Below, one piece after another: positions 1 through 9,865 of a stretch of 64,000 bases of DNA. The stretch spans positions 97-64,096 of the forward strand of contig NZ_JBDTTP010000015.1 in NCBI RefSeq assembly GCF_039930565.1, written 5' to 3'. The stretch comes from Flavobacterium sp. Lineage in GTDB: Bacteria; Bacteroidota; Bacteroidia; Flavobacteriales; Flavobacteriaceae. Position 1 is the first letter of the stretch. Each line of letters starts with the position of its first letter. The position numbers were made by a program, and so were the translations under genes. The notes beneath the pieces were generated by a model, which was not told the DNA's origin, ran no database searches, and worked only from the letters and a program-made list of their open reading frames with translations.

Positions 1-914
1 TAAAAGGCAGCGGCGGAAAATGCCGTTGTTGTTTAGTGGAAGTTTCCAAAGGAAGTGAAGCAGATCCAAGACCAATGCCAAAATTAATGGCATCTTGCGT
101 TACAGGCTGTATGGACGGAATGGAAGTGAACAGCAAATCTTCAGACAGAGTAACGGAAGCCCGTAAATCAGTAACGGAATTTTTATTGATCAATCACCCA
201 TTGGACTGCCCGGTTTGTGATCAGGCTGGTGAGTGTGATCTTCAAAATTTAAGTTTCGAACACGGAAATCCGAAATCACGTTTTATCGAAGAAAAAAGAA
301 CATTCGAACCAGAAGATATTGGTCCGCATATTCAATTACATATGAACCGTTGTATTTTATGTCAAAGATGTGTACAGGTTGCAGATCAATTAACAGACAA
401 CAGGGTTCACGGTGTATTAGATCGTGGAGATCACGCTAATATTTCAACAGGAATCTCAAAAGCTATCGATAATGAATTTTCAGGAAATATGATTGATGTT
501 TGTCCTGTAGGGGCATTGACAGATAAAACTTTCCGTTTCAAATCGAGAGTTTGGTTCAACAAACCTTATAATGCACACAGAGAATGTACAACTCCTGGAT
601 GCTGTGGAAAAACAACTGTCTGGATGTTTGGTGGAGAAATTCAACGTGTGACCGGTCGTAAAGACGAGTACCATGAAGTAGAAGAATTCATTTGTAACTC
701 TTGCCGTTTTGACCACAAAAATGTTAGTGACTGGACTATTGAAGGACCCAGAGAATTTGAAAAAGATTCTGTTATCAACCAAAATAACTACACTCAGAAA
801 TTAGAGAAAGTAGAAATCGCTACAGAAAAAAACATTCTTTTGGGCAGAGACGAAGACCGTAAAAAAATTAGTATGGCTGAAATTCCATTAAACACTAACA
901 ACCAAAATTCTTAA
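1..914 (+). CDS. nuoG: NADH-quinone oxidoreductase subunit G (short form; 5' end outside window)
   Basis: Frame is open back to the window edge (KGSGGKCRCCLVEV); HPLDCPVCDQAGECDLQ, RCILCQRC and DVCPVGAL Fe-S motifs; directly upstream of nuoH. Confidence 0.92.
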   Translation, partial: KGSGGKCRCCLVEVSKGSEADPRPMPKLMASCVTGCMDGMEVNSKSSDRVTEARKSVTEFLLINHPLDCPVCDQAGECDLQNLSFEHGNPKSRFIEEKRTFEPEDIGPHIQLHMNRCILCQRCVQVADQLTDNRVHGVLDRGDHANISTGISKAIDNEFSGNMIDVCPVGALTDKTFRFKSRVWFNKPYNAHRECTTPGCCGKTTVWMFGGEIQRVTGRKDEYHEVEEFICNSCRFDHKNVSDWTIEGPREFEKDSVINQNNYTQKLEKVEIATEKNILLGRDEDRKKISMAEIPLNTNNQNS

Positions 915-916
915 AT

Positions 917-1972
917 ATGGTAAATAGTGCGTTTATTATAGAAAAAAGTGTGGTGATTTTTGTGGTTTTTGCTATAACCATGATTATGGCGATGTACTCG
1001 ACCTGGGCTGAGCGTAAAGTTGCGGCTTACCTGCAGGATCGTGTGGGTCCAAACCGTGCAGGCTGGGGAGGTTTATTACAGCCTCTTGCTGATGGTTTGA
1101 AATTATTTTCGAAAGAAGAATTTTTCCCTAATACGCCTAATAAATTTTTATTTGTTGTAGGCCCTGCCATTGCGATGAGTACGGCTTTAATGACAAGCGC
1201 TGTTATTCCGTGGGGAGACAGGTTGCATTTATTTGGAAGAGATATTTTATTACAGGCGACAGATATTAACATTGGATTATTATATTTTTTCGGAGTGGTT
1301 TCTGTTGGAGTTTACGGAATCATGATTGGTGGATGGGCTTCGAATAATAAATTCTCTTTGATGGGAGCTGTTCGTGCAGCTTCTCAAATGGTTTCTTATG
1401 AAGTTGCCATGGGATTATCAATGATTGCTTTGTTGATGATGACCGGAACTTTAAGCTTAAAAGAAATTTCACTACAACAGGCAGGAATGAACTGGAATAT
1501 TTTTTACCAGCCCTTATCTTTCCTTATTTTCCTTATTTGCGCTTTTGCAGAAACCAACAGAACACCTTTTGATTTGGCAGAATGTGAGTCGGAATTAATT
1601 GGTGGTTACCATACGGAATATTCATCGATGAAAATGGGATTCTATTTATTTGCTGAATATGCGAATATGTTTATTTCGGCGACTATTATTTCGGTATTGT
1701 TTTTTGGAGGATATAATTATCCGGGAATGCAGTGGATGGTGGAGAATGTGGGTGTAAATACCGCTAACTTATTAGGAATTGCCGTGCTGTTTATAAAAAT
1801 ATGTTTCTTCATATTCTTTTATATGTGGGTTCGCTGGACGATTCCGAGATTTAGATATGACCAATTGATGCATTTGGGATGGAAAATTTTAATTCCGCTT
1901 TCGATTTTGAATATCATCGTTACCGGTGTTGTTATTTTGAGACACGATATTGCGGCTTATTTCGGATTTTAA
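917..1972 (+). CDS. nuoH: NADH-quinone oxidoreductase subunit H
   Basis: ERKVAAYLQDRVGPN, LQPLADGLKL, AETNRTPFDLAE, PRFRYDQLM motifs; polytopic membrane protein. Confidence 0.97.
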   Translation: MVNSAFIIEKSVVIFVVFAITMIMAMYSTWAERKVAAYLQDRVGPNRAGWGGLLQPLADGLKLFSKEEFFPNTPNKFLFVVGPAIAMSTALMTSAVIPWGDRLHLFGRDILLQATDINIGLLYFFGVVSVGVYGIMIGGWASNNKFSLMGAVRAASQMVSYEVAMGLSMIALLMMTGTLSLKEISLQQAGMNWNIFYQPLSFLIFLICAFAETNRTPFDLAECESELIGGYHTEYSSMKMGFYLFAEYANMFISATIISVLFFGGYNYPGMQWMVENVGVNTANLLGIAVLFIKICFFIFFYMWVRWTIPRFRYDQLMHLGWKILIPLSILNIIVTGVVILRHDIAAYFGF

Positions 1973-2026
1973 AATTGTATTGAAAAAGTTAGTTACAATT
2001 AGTGACCATTTCATAAAACAAATAAA

Positions 2027-2549
2027 ATGAGTAACGAATTAATGATTACTGAAGAATTCATAATTAGCAAAATATTGCTTATTCGAGGACAGAAAGTAAT
2101 GACTGATTCTGAGTTAGCAATACTTTACGCAGTAGAAACTAAACAACTTAAAAGGCAGGTTCGTAGAAATACAGAGCGATTTCCTGAAGATTTTATGTTT
2201 GAATTGACTGATATTGAAAATGAAATTCTAAGGTGCCAATTTGGCACCTTAAAGCAAGGACCCTATTCAAAATATAAACCGATGGTATTTACTGAACAAG
2301 GAGTTGCAATGTTGTAAAGTGTTTTAAATAGTGCTATTGCTATAAAAGTTAATATTCAGATTATTCGTGTTTTTACAAAAATACGTCAAGAAATTTCGGA
2401 AACTCTGAATATGAAATTAGAAATCGAAGAGATAAAAAAGAAATATCGAATCAGAATAAAAATATTGAATGGTCTTTACTTATTTAGATGAGTTGATGGA
2501 CAAACAAGACAATAAAATTGAAAGAACAAAAATTGGTTATAAAAAATAA
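2027..2549 (+). pseudogene. ORF6N-domain DNA-binding protein, disrupted
   Basis: IRGQKVM..LA.LY.VETKQLKRQVRRN.ERFPEDFMFEL...FTEQGVAML; in-frame TAA at 2315-2317 where the family has Ser (AML*SVLNS); family-like sequence continues (AIKVNIQIIRVF...KIGYKK*) through two apparent 1-bp deletions to TAA at 2547-2549. Confidence 0.85.
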
Positions 2550-2570
2550 AATTCATTAATACCAAAATGT

Positions 2571-2640
2571 CCTAGCCCTGATAGAAGCGGTATCCTTTTT
2601 TGGCTTTTTCTGCCAAAAAAGATACAAGCGGATAGCAGGA
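2571..2640 (+). ncRNA. Flavobacterial structured intergenic RNA/repeat, Flavo-1-like
   Basis: Nested stems: CCTG(2577-2580)/CAGG(2636-2639) enclosing GTATCCTTTTTTGGC/GCCAAAAAAGATAC; resembles from memory the Flavo-1 motif and a dispersed Flavobacterium repeat; not verified by covariance search. Confidence 0.5.
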
Positions 2641-2667
2641 TTAAGCTTCAAAATAAAAATTAAAAGA

Positions 2668-3213
2668 ATGTCAATAGAAACTATATCATTATCGGGTAGA
2701 AAAAAGTTGGTCTCTAATAAGGAGATGACTTTTTTGGAGCGATTGTATCTTGTGGCGATTGTAAAAGGTTTACTTATTACGATTAAACACTTTTTCAGAA
2801 AAAAAGCTACTATTCATTATCCGGAACAGGTACGTGAAATGAGTCCGGTTTATCGTGGTCAGCATCAGTTGAAACGTGATGAGCAGGGTCGTGAAAACTG
2901 TACTGCTTGTGGATTGTGTGCTTTGTCATGCCCTGCAGAAGCCATCACGATGAAAGCTGCTGAGCGTAAAGCGGATGAAAAGCATTTGTACCGAGAAGAG
3001 AAATATGCTTCGATTTACGAAATCAATATGTTGCGTTGTATTTTTTGCGGACTTTGTGAAGAAGCCTGTCCAAAAGATGCCATTTATTTAACTACTTCGA
3101 AAGTATTGGTTCCTTCCAGCTACGAAAGAGAAGATTTTATTTTTGGAAAAGACAGATTAGTGATGCCTCTTGATGTGGCGATCAAAAACGCTCAACTTAA
3201 CAACGCTAATTAA
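2668..3213 (+). CDS. nuoI: NADH-quinone oxidoreductase subunit I
   Basis: Two CxxCxxCxxxCP ferredoxin motifs (CTACGLCALSCP, CIFCGLCEEACP). Confidence 0.97.
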   Translation: MSIETISLSGRKKLVSNKEMTFLERLYLVAIVKGLLITIKHFFRKKATIHYPEQVREMSPVYRGQHQLKRDEQGRENCTACGLCALSCPAEAITMKAAERKADEKHLYREEKYASIYEINMLRCIFCGLCEEACPKDAIYLTTSKVLVPSSYEREDFIFGKDRLVMPLDVAIKNAQLNNAN

Positions 3214-3753
3214 ATGATACATATTCCTGATTTTGCACACGCAACTACAGTACAAATTATTTTTTGTTTCTTAGCGTTTATTACGGTTGCGACCGCATTT
3301 TTGACCATTTTTAGCAGAAACCCGATTCACAGTGCCATTTATTTGGTGATTTGTTTCTTTTCGATTGCCGGTCATTATTTATTACTGAATGCTCAGTTTT
3401 TGGCAGTCGTACATATTATAGTTTACTCGGGAGCAATTATGATCCTGTTCCTGTTTACGATTATGCTGATGAACCTGAACGAACGCCATCAGGTGCACAG
3501 ACCGAGAATTACTCGTCTTGGCGCTATTGTTTCTTTCTGTTTGATTTGTATTGTTTTGATTGCAATATTTATCAACTCCAAACCAATTGTTGGAGAATAC
3601 GATTCTACGGGAGAAGATTTCCAGTCGATAAAAGTATTGGGTAAAATATTATTGAACGAATATATGGTTCCGTTTGAATTTGCTTCAATCCTGCTTTTGG
3701 TAGCCATGATTGGAACTGTATTATTGTCTAAAAAAGAAAAATTAAATAAATAA
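3214..3753 (+). CDS. nuoJ: NADH-quinone oxidoreductase subunit J
   Basis: [42 protein letters not shown] motifs; operon order. Confidence 0.95.
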   Translation: MIHIPDFAHATTVQIIFCFLAFITVATAFLTIFSRNPIHSAIYLVICFFSIAGHYLLLNAQFLAVVHIIVYSGAIMILFLFTIMLMNLNERHQVHRPRITRLGAIVSFCLICIVLIAIFINSKPIVGEYDSTGEDFQSIKVLGKILLNEYMVPFEFASILLLVAMIGTVLLSKKEKLNK

Positions 3754-4073
3754 TGGGTAATATATTAAATCAAATAGGTATTGAAAACTACATCTTTTTA
3801 AGTGTTGTACTTTTCTGTATTGGTATTTTTGGTGTATTGTACAGACGAAATGCTATTATCGTTTTCATGTCTATCGAAATCATGCTGAATGCTGTTAACC
3901 TTTTATTTGTTGCTTTTTCAACTTATCATCAAGACGCGCAAGGACAAGTTTTTGTATTCTTCTCGATGGCAGTTGCTGCAGCAGAAGTTGCAGTTGGATT
4001 GGCTATTTTAGTTTCGATCTTTAGAAATTTAGGTTCGATTAGTATCGATAATTTAAAAAATTTAAAAGGATAA
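3753..4073 (+). CDS. nuoK: NADH-quinone oxidoreductase subunit K
   Basis: [27 protein letters not shown]. Confidence 0.97.
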   Translation: MGNILNQIGIENYIFLSVVLFCIGIFGVLYRRNAIIVFMSIEIMLNAVNLLFVAFSTYHQDAQGQVFVFFSMAVAAAEVAVGLAILVSIFRNLGSISIDNLKNLKG

Positions 4074-5963
4074 ATGGAAATGGATACCAATTTAGCTTTA
4101 GTTTTAGTATTAGCTCCTTTTTTAGGATTTTTAATCAATGTTTTCTTTGGAAAAAGCTTAGGAAAAACAGTTTCGGGAATTATCGGAACGGCTTCTGTAG
4201 TGATTTCGTTTCTTGTAACAATTTTCTTTTTCAATCAGATTACCCAAACTGAAAAAGCCATTCAGATTACCTTATTTGACTGGATTCAGATCAGTAATCT
4301 TAAAATCAATCTTGGATTTTTATTAGATCAATTGTCTATTCTTTGGTTGCTTTTTGTAACGGGAATTGGATCTTTGATTCATATATATTCTATCAGTTAC
4401 ATGCACGATGATGAAAATATGCACAAGTTCTTTTCATATTTGAATTTGTTCGTCTTTTTCATGATTACCCTTGTAATTGGAAGCAACTTGTTGGTATTGT
4501 TTATAGGTTGGGAAGGTGTTGGACTTTGTTCGTACTTATTAATTGGTTTCTGGTATAAAAACCAGGACTATAATGATGCTGCGAAAAAAGCGTTTATCAT
4601 GAACAGAATTGGAGATTTAGGTCTTTTGATTGGAATGTTCATTCTGGGTTCGATGTTTTCAACTTTGGATTATGCAACTTTACAAACGGCGATTACCGGA
4701 GCAACTGACTTAAATATTCCGCTGCTTTCATTAGCTGCGTTATGTTTGTTTATTGGTGCTTGTGGTAAATCGGCACAAATTCCATTATACACCTGGTTAC
4801 CTGATGCGATGGCTGGACCAACTCCGGTTTCGGCATTAATACACGCGGCAACGATGGTTACTGCAGGTATTTTTATGGTAACGAGATTGAACTTTGTTTT
4901 TGATCTGGCTCCGGATGTTCAGACCATTATTGCAATTGTTGGAGGTATAACTTCATTGGTTGCCGCAACAATTGGTTTGGTTCAGACCGATATCAAAAAA
5001 GTATTGGCCTACTCTACCGTTTCTCAATTAGGTTTAATGTTTTTAGCATTGGGATTTGGCGCTTATGAAGTCGCTGTTTTTCACGTAATAACACATGCTT
5101 TCTTCAAGGCCTGTTTATTCTTAGGATCAGGTTCTGTAATTCACGGATTGCACGGAGAGCAGGATATGCGTAAAATGGGTGGTCTGCGCAAAGTAATGCC
5201 CATCACTTTCTGGACGATGCTGGTTTCATCATTAGCTATTTCAGGAGTTCCGTTTTTCTCTGGTTTTTTCTCTAAAGATGAAATTTTACTGACAGCTTTT
5301 CACAATAGTATTCCTTTATATGTTGTGGGTTCTATCGCATCAATAATGACTGCTTTTTATATGTTCCGATTAATGTTTCTTACTTTCTTTAAGGACTTTA
5401 GAGGGACAGAAGAACAAAAACATCATTTACATGAAAGTGACGGCTTGATTACTTTTCCGTTAATGATTTTAGCAATTTTGGCTACTTTTGGAGGTCTTAT
5501 CAGTTTACCTGGAAATAGCTGGCTAAACGAATATTTATCTCCACTTTTCACGAAAGTGGCAGGCGAAGAACACCATTTAGGTACTACAGAATATATCCTG
5601 ATGGGAGTTGCTGTACTTGGTGGATTAGTTGGTATTTTAATTGCTTACATCAAATACTTCAAACAGGATAATGTTCCAGAATCAGATGAAAACATAACCG
5701 GTCTGACTAAAGTTTTATACAACAAATATTATGTAGACGAAGCGTATGATGCCCTATTTGTTGCTCCAGTAAACTTCTTGTCAAAATTCTTTAGGGATTA
5801 TATTGAAACAGGCTTATCAGCACTCGTTTTCGGATTAGGAAAAGTAACCAATGAAATAGGTTTTCAGGGTAAAAAATTACAGAATGGAAGTGTGGGAGTC
5901 TATCTTTTTGCTTTTGTTTTGGGTCTATGTGCCATTGTTTCCTATATATTTTTAGCTCAATAA
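4074..5963 (+). CDS. nuoL: NADH-quinone oxidoreductase subunit L
   Basis: GWEGVGLCSYLLIGFW, GKSAQIPLYTWLPDAMAGPTPVSALIHAATMV, HAFFKA. Confidence 0.97.
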   Translation: MEMDTNLALVLVLAPFLGFLINVFFGKSLGKTVSGIIGTASVVISFLVTIFFFNQITQTEKAIQITLFDWIQISNLKINLGFLLDQLSILWLLFVTGIGSLIHIYSISYMHDDENMHKFFSYLNLFVFFMITLVIGSNLLVLFIGWEGVGLCSYLLIGFWYKNQDYNDAAKKAFIMNRIGDLGLLIGMFILGSMFSTLDYATLQTAITGATDLNIPLLSLAALCLFIGACGKSAQIPLYTWLPDAMAGPTPVSALIHAATMVTAGIFMVTRLNFVFDLAPDVQTIIAIVGGITSLVAATIGLVQTDIKKVLAYSTVSQLGLMFLALGFGAYEVAVFHVITHAFFKACLFLGSGSVIHGLHGEQDMRKMGGLRKVMPITFWTMLVSSLAISGVPFFSGFFSKDEILLTAFHNSIPLYVVGSIASIMTAFYMFRLMFLTFFKDFRGTEEQKHHLHESDGLITFPLMILAILATFGGLISLPGNSWLNEYLSPLFTKVAGEEHHLGTTEYILMGVAVLGGLVGILIAYIKYFKQDNVPESDENITGLTKVLYNKYYVDEAYDALFVAPVNFLSKFFRDYIETGLSALVFGLGKVTNEIGFQGKKLQNGSVGVYLFAFVLGLCAIVSYIFLAQ

Positions 5964-5973
5964 TTTTATAACT

Positions 5974-7413
5974 ATGAACGTTTCCCTTATATTAATTATT
6001 CTTTTAATTGGTGCATTTGTCACTTATTTTGCCGGAGATAAACTGGCATCAAAAGTAGCTTTGTTCTTTAGTTTGGCCGCTTTGGGCTGTTCCGTTGTGT
6101 TGTTGAATCACTTTTTGGATGGCGAAAATATCAGTTTAATCAATGCCTGGATTACACAGCCTAAAATTTCATTTGCGCTAAATGCAGATGGATTGGCAAT
6201 GGCGATGCTTTTATTAACGGTAGCGTTAACGCCTATTATTATATTTTCATCTTTCGGGAATGACTATAAAAATGCGAAAAGCTTTTATGCTTTAATTTTA
6301 TTTATGGCTTTTGCAATGACAGGAACTTTTCTGGCGTCAGATGGTCTTTTATATTATATTTTTTGGGAATTGGCTCTTATTCCAATTTATTTTATTGCCC
6401 TTATTTGGGGGAATGGGGATGCTGAAGAGCGTAAAAAAGCAGTGATTAAATTCTTTATTTACACTTTTGCCGGGTCTTTATTCATGTTAGTATCGCTTAT
6501 TTATTTGTACCAAAAGGCGGGAAGTTTCCTAATTGAAGATTTATATCAACTTGATTTATCTCAAACAGAGCAAATCTGGATATTCTTAGGTTTCTTTTTA
6601 GCGTATGCTATTAAAATTCCAATTATTCCTTTCCATACCTGGCAGGCAAATGTGTACCAAAAAGCACCCACTGTTGGCACAATGCTTTTATCCGGTATTA
6701 TGCTAAAAATGGGATTGTACAGTGTTATTCGCTGGCAATTGCCAATTGCACCGCTTGCGGCAAAAGAATTAATGAATATTATTATTGCTTTAGGAATTGC
6801 CGGAGTAATTTATGGTTCAATCGTAGCCTTAAGACAAAAAGACCTAAAGAAATTATTGGCGTATTCATCATTAGCGCACGTTGGATTAATTGCTGCGGGA
6901 ACATATACTTTAACTCTTGACGGATTACGCGGTGCTGTTTTACAAATGATTGCACACGGTTTTGTGGTAGTTGGATTATTCCTCGCTGCTGAAATTATTT
7001 TTAGAAGATTTCAAACCAGAAATATTTCTGAAATGGGCGGTATTCGTATCCAATCACCAAAGTTCGCTTCCATGTTTTTGATCCTGGTTTTGGCTTCGGT
7101 TGCGTTGCCGGGAACTTTTAACTTTGTAGGTGAGTTTACGGTTTTGTACAGTCTTTCTCAAATCAATATTTGGTTTGCTCTTTTGGGCGGAACAACCATT
7201 ATTTTAGGGGCATATTATATGCTTAAAATGTTTCAGAATGTAATGTTGGGTGAAGCTAATACTAAAACTTTTGCTGATGTAACGCTTAATGAAGGAATTT
7301 CATTAGTAGTAATTATTACTATTTTAATTTTCTTCGGATTTTATCCAAAGCCAATTACAGACTTAATTTCTCCGAGTTTAGAAATTATTTTAAACGCTAT
7401 CAACAAGAATTAA
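5974..7413 (+). CDS. nuoM: NADH-quinone oxidoreductase subunit M
   Basis: FWELALIP, AIKIPIIPFHTW, LKMGLY, LAYSSLAH, LPGTFNFVGEF. Confidence 0.96.
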   Translation: MNVSLILIILLIGAFVTYFAGDKLASKVALFFSLAALGCSVVLLNHFLDGENISLINAWITQPKISFALNADGLAMAMLLLTVALTPIIIFSSFGNDYKNAKSFYALILFMAFAMTGTFLASDGLLYYIFWELALIPIYFIALIWGNGDAEERKKAVIKFFIYTFAGSLFMLVSLIYLYQKAGSFLIEDLYQLDLSQTEQIWIFLGFFLAYAIKIPIIPFHTWQANVYQKAPTVGTMLLSGIMLKMGLYSVIRWQLPIAPLAAKELMNIIIALGIAGVIYGSIVALRQKDLKKLLAYSSLAHVGLIAAGTYTLTLDGLRGAVLQMIAHGFVVVGLFLAAEIIFRRFQTRNISEMGGIRIQSPKFASMFLILVLASVALPGTFNFVGEFTVLYSLSQINIWFALLGGTTIILGAYYMLKMFQNVMLGEANTKTFADVTLNEGISLVVIITILIFFGFYPKPITDLISPSLEIILNAINKN

Positions 7414-7476
7414 TATTTTAAATAAAAATAAATTAGGGCGTCATTAGTTTGGATTTCCTAAATCAAAAAAACAAAA

Positions 7477-8871
7477 ATGAATACATTAATAGCTATAACA
7501 GGATTGGGTATTTTCTGCCTATTGTTTGAAATTCTTAATTTAAGAAAGGCCATTGTTCCTGTAACCATTATTGGGTTATTGGGTGTTTTGGCGCTTAATT
7601 ATTACGAATTCGGATCTACAGAAAGTTACTACTATAATATGATTACAGTTAGTAAATTCTCAACCGCATTTTCATCATTGTTTATTGTTTTAACTATTTT
7701 CCTTGTAGCATTAAGTCACAATTTCTATGAAAATCATCCAACCAAAATCTCCGATTTTGTTGCTATAAAAATATTTTTATTAGCTGGAGGAGTTGCCATG
7801 GTTTCTTTTGGAAACTTAGCAATGTTTTTCTTAGGTATCGAAATATTATCAATTTCCTTATATATTCTGGCAGCAAGCGAACGTTTGAATCTTAAAAGTA
7901 ACGAAGCAGGAATGAAATACTTTTTGATGGGTTCCTTTGCATCAGGAATTATACTTTTTGGGATTTGTCTAATTTATGGAGCAATGGGAAGTTTTGATAT
8001 CGTTGAAATTAGCGAATATTCCTTATCGGCCGAATTGCCAATCTGGTTCCCAATCGGAATGATTTTACTGACTATCGGGATGTTATTTAAAATTGCCGCA
8101 GTTCCTTTTCATTTTTGGGCCCCGGATGTTTATGAAGGATCTCCTGCTTTAACGACTGCTTTAATGAGCACTTTGGCAAAGGTGATAGCAATTGCAACAC
8201 TTTTCAAATTAATTTCGGGTTTAAATTTAATTCCGTCTTTAGAAAATCAGGACCATCTATATACTTTCGAAAATATCATTGTAGTTATTTCCATTGCTTC
8301 TATGACCGTAGGAAACATCATGGCACTGCGTCAGGCAAATGTAAAACGTATGCTGGCTTTTTCAGGAATTTCTCATGCCGGTTTTATGTTGATGACATTA
8401 TTAACTGTAGCAACATCCGCAGGTGTTTTGTTATATTACACTACAGCTTATGCATTAGCAGGAATTGCTGCATTCAGTGTTATTCTGTATGTGTGCAAAA
8501 ACAATCAGAATCATGAAGATATCAGCAACTTTCATGGTTTAGGAAAAACAAATCCGTTATTGGCAGCTATCCTTACAGCTTCACTCTTATCAATGGCTGG
8601 TATTCCGATTTTCTCAGGGTTTTTTGCGAAATTATTTTTATTTAATCAAACAATTCAGGCGGGTTATATTGCTTTGGTAATTGTTGCTGTTGTTAATTCC
8701 ATTATCAGTGTTGGATATTATTTCAAACTGATATTGGCCATGTATTCCAAAGAACCGAATCAGGAACGTACCGGAAAACCTTTTCTTATCTACGCTGTTG
8801 CCATCATTTCAATAGTTTTAAATATTGCTTTAGGTTTATTCCCGTCAATAGTTTTAGATTTATTGAATTAA
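7477..8871 (+). CDS. nuoN: NADH-quinone oxidoreductase subunit N
   Basis: EAGMKYFLMGS, FKIAAVPFHFWAPDVYEG, KRMLAFSGISHAG, SMAGIP. Confidence 0.96.
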   Translation: MNTLIAITGLGIFCLLFEILNLRKAIVPVTIIGLLGVLALNYYEFGSTESYYYNMITVSKFSTAFSSLFIVLTIFLVALSHNFYENHPTKISDFVAIKIFLLAGGVAMVSFGNLAMFFLGIEILSISLYILAASERLNLKSNEAGMKYFLMGSFASGIILFGICLIYGAMGSFDIVEISEYSLSAELPIWFPIGMILLTIGMLFKIAAVPFHFWAPDVYEGSPALTTALMSTLAKVIAIATLFKLISGLNLIPSLENQDHLYTFENIIVVISIASMTVGNIMALRQANVKRMLAFSGISHAGFMLMTLLTVATSAGVLLYYTTAYALAGIAAFSVILYVCKNNQNHEDISNFHGLGKTNPLLAAILTASLLSMAGIPIFSGFFAKLFLFNQTIQAGYIALVIVAVVNSIISVGYYFKLILAMYSKEPNQERTGKPFLIYAVAIISIVLNIALGLFPSIVLDLLN

Positions 8872-8893
8872 AAAATTAAATCTTAATAAATAC

Positions 8894-8930
8894 AAATCCA
8901 TCAGATGTTATTTTGATGGATTTTTATTTT
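8894..8930 (+). terminator. Intrinsic terminator of nuo operon
   Basis: AAATCCATCA/TGATGGATTT stem followed by T-rich tract. Confidence 0.7.
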
Positions 8931-9036
8931 TAACTGAATCATTTTCAGATGAAAAAATCATGTTAAAAATGTTGAACAAAACTAAAGACTTCAAAAAAAC
9001 TAACTATATTTGGATACAATTAAATGTATTAGAAAT

Positions 9037-9810
9037 ATGAACTTCAATTCGAAAAATCCATTTTTAAGCAACAAGCGTTTTTCATCAAATGCTGTTTCAA
9101 AAGCTGAAGAAGTGCATCAGACACAAATTATTGATTACAATCAGGAAATGACTGTATCAGGTACAATCAATAAAACAGCAATTTTATTTTTAATTTTATG
9201 CGGAGCTGCGATGGTAACGTGGTGGATGTTTTTTCAGCAAATGAACGTAATGCCAATAGCAATTGGCGGGGCTATTGTTGGACTTATTTTAGTCGTAATT
9301 TCTGCATTTAAACCGCAAGCGTCTCCTTACTTAGCTCCCGGTTATGCCTTATTTGAAGGATTGTTTATTGGAGGTATTTCTGCTATTTTTGAATTAAAAT
9401 TTCCTGGAATTGTATTAAATGCTGTTGCTGCAACCTTAGTTACTTTTTTAGTTTGCCTTGGTTTGTATAAATTTAAAATCGTTAAAGTAACAGAGCAATT
9501 TAAATCTGTAGTTATTGCATCTACATTAGCAATTGCAACTTATTATTTAATTTCATGGGTAGTTTCTATGTTTACAAGCTGGCAACCTGTGCATTACGGA
9601 AATTCTATGATGAGTATAGGAATTAGTGTTTTTGTAATTATTATTGCAGCATTAAACCTGTTTTTAGATTTCGACCAAATTGAAAAAGGGGCAAAGGAAA
9701 GAATGCCAAAATTCATGGAATGGTATGGTGCTATGGGACTAATGGTAACTTTAGTTTGGTTGTATATTGAATTCCTAAGATTACTATCAAAATTATCAAG
9801 TAAAGATTAA
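9037..9810 (+). CDS. Bax inhibitor-1/YccA family membrane protein
   Basis: ATG at 9037 downstream of a TATATTTG -7 element (9005-9012); YALFEGL, LFLDFDQIE, WYGAMGLMVTLVWLYIEFLRLL. Confidence 0.88.
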   Translation: MNFNSKNPFLSNKRFSSNAVSKAEEVHQTQIIDYNQEMTVSGTINKTAILFLILCGAAMVTWWMFFQQMNVMPIAIGGAIVGLILVVISAFKPQASPYLAPGYALFEGLFIGGISAIFELKFPGIVLNAVAATLVTFLVCLGLYKFKIVKVTEQFKSVVIASTLAIATYYLISWVVSMFTSWQPVHYGNSMMSIGISVFVIIIAALNLFLDFDQIEKGAKERMPKFMEWYGAMGLMVTLVWLYIEFLRLLSKLSSKD

Positions 9811-9827
9811 TTAAATTTTAAATAAAT

Positions 9828-9865
9828 GAAAAAAACCTTTTGAAATTACTTCAGGAGGTTTTTTT
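9828..9865. terminator. Bidirectional terminator between convergent genes
   Basis: AAAAAACCTTTTGAA/TTCAGGAGGTTTTTT imperfect stem with A and T tracts. Confidence 0.6.

Noticed and set aside
2027-2549. Prophage remnant suggested by the ORF6N domain
   Set aside because: No integrase, structural or other phage genes nearby; flanked directly by nuoH and nuoI.
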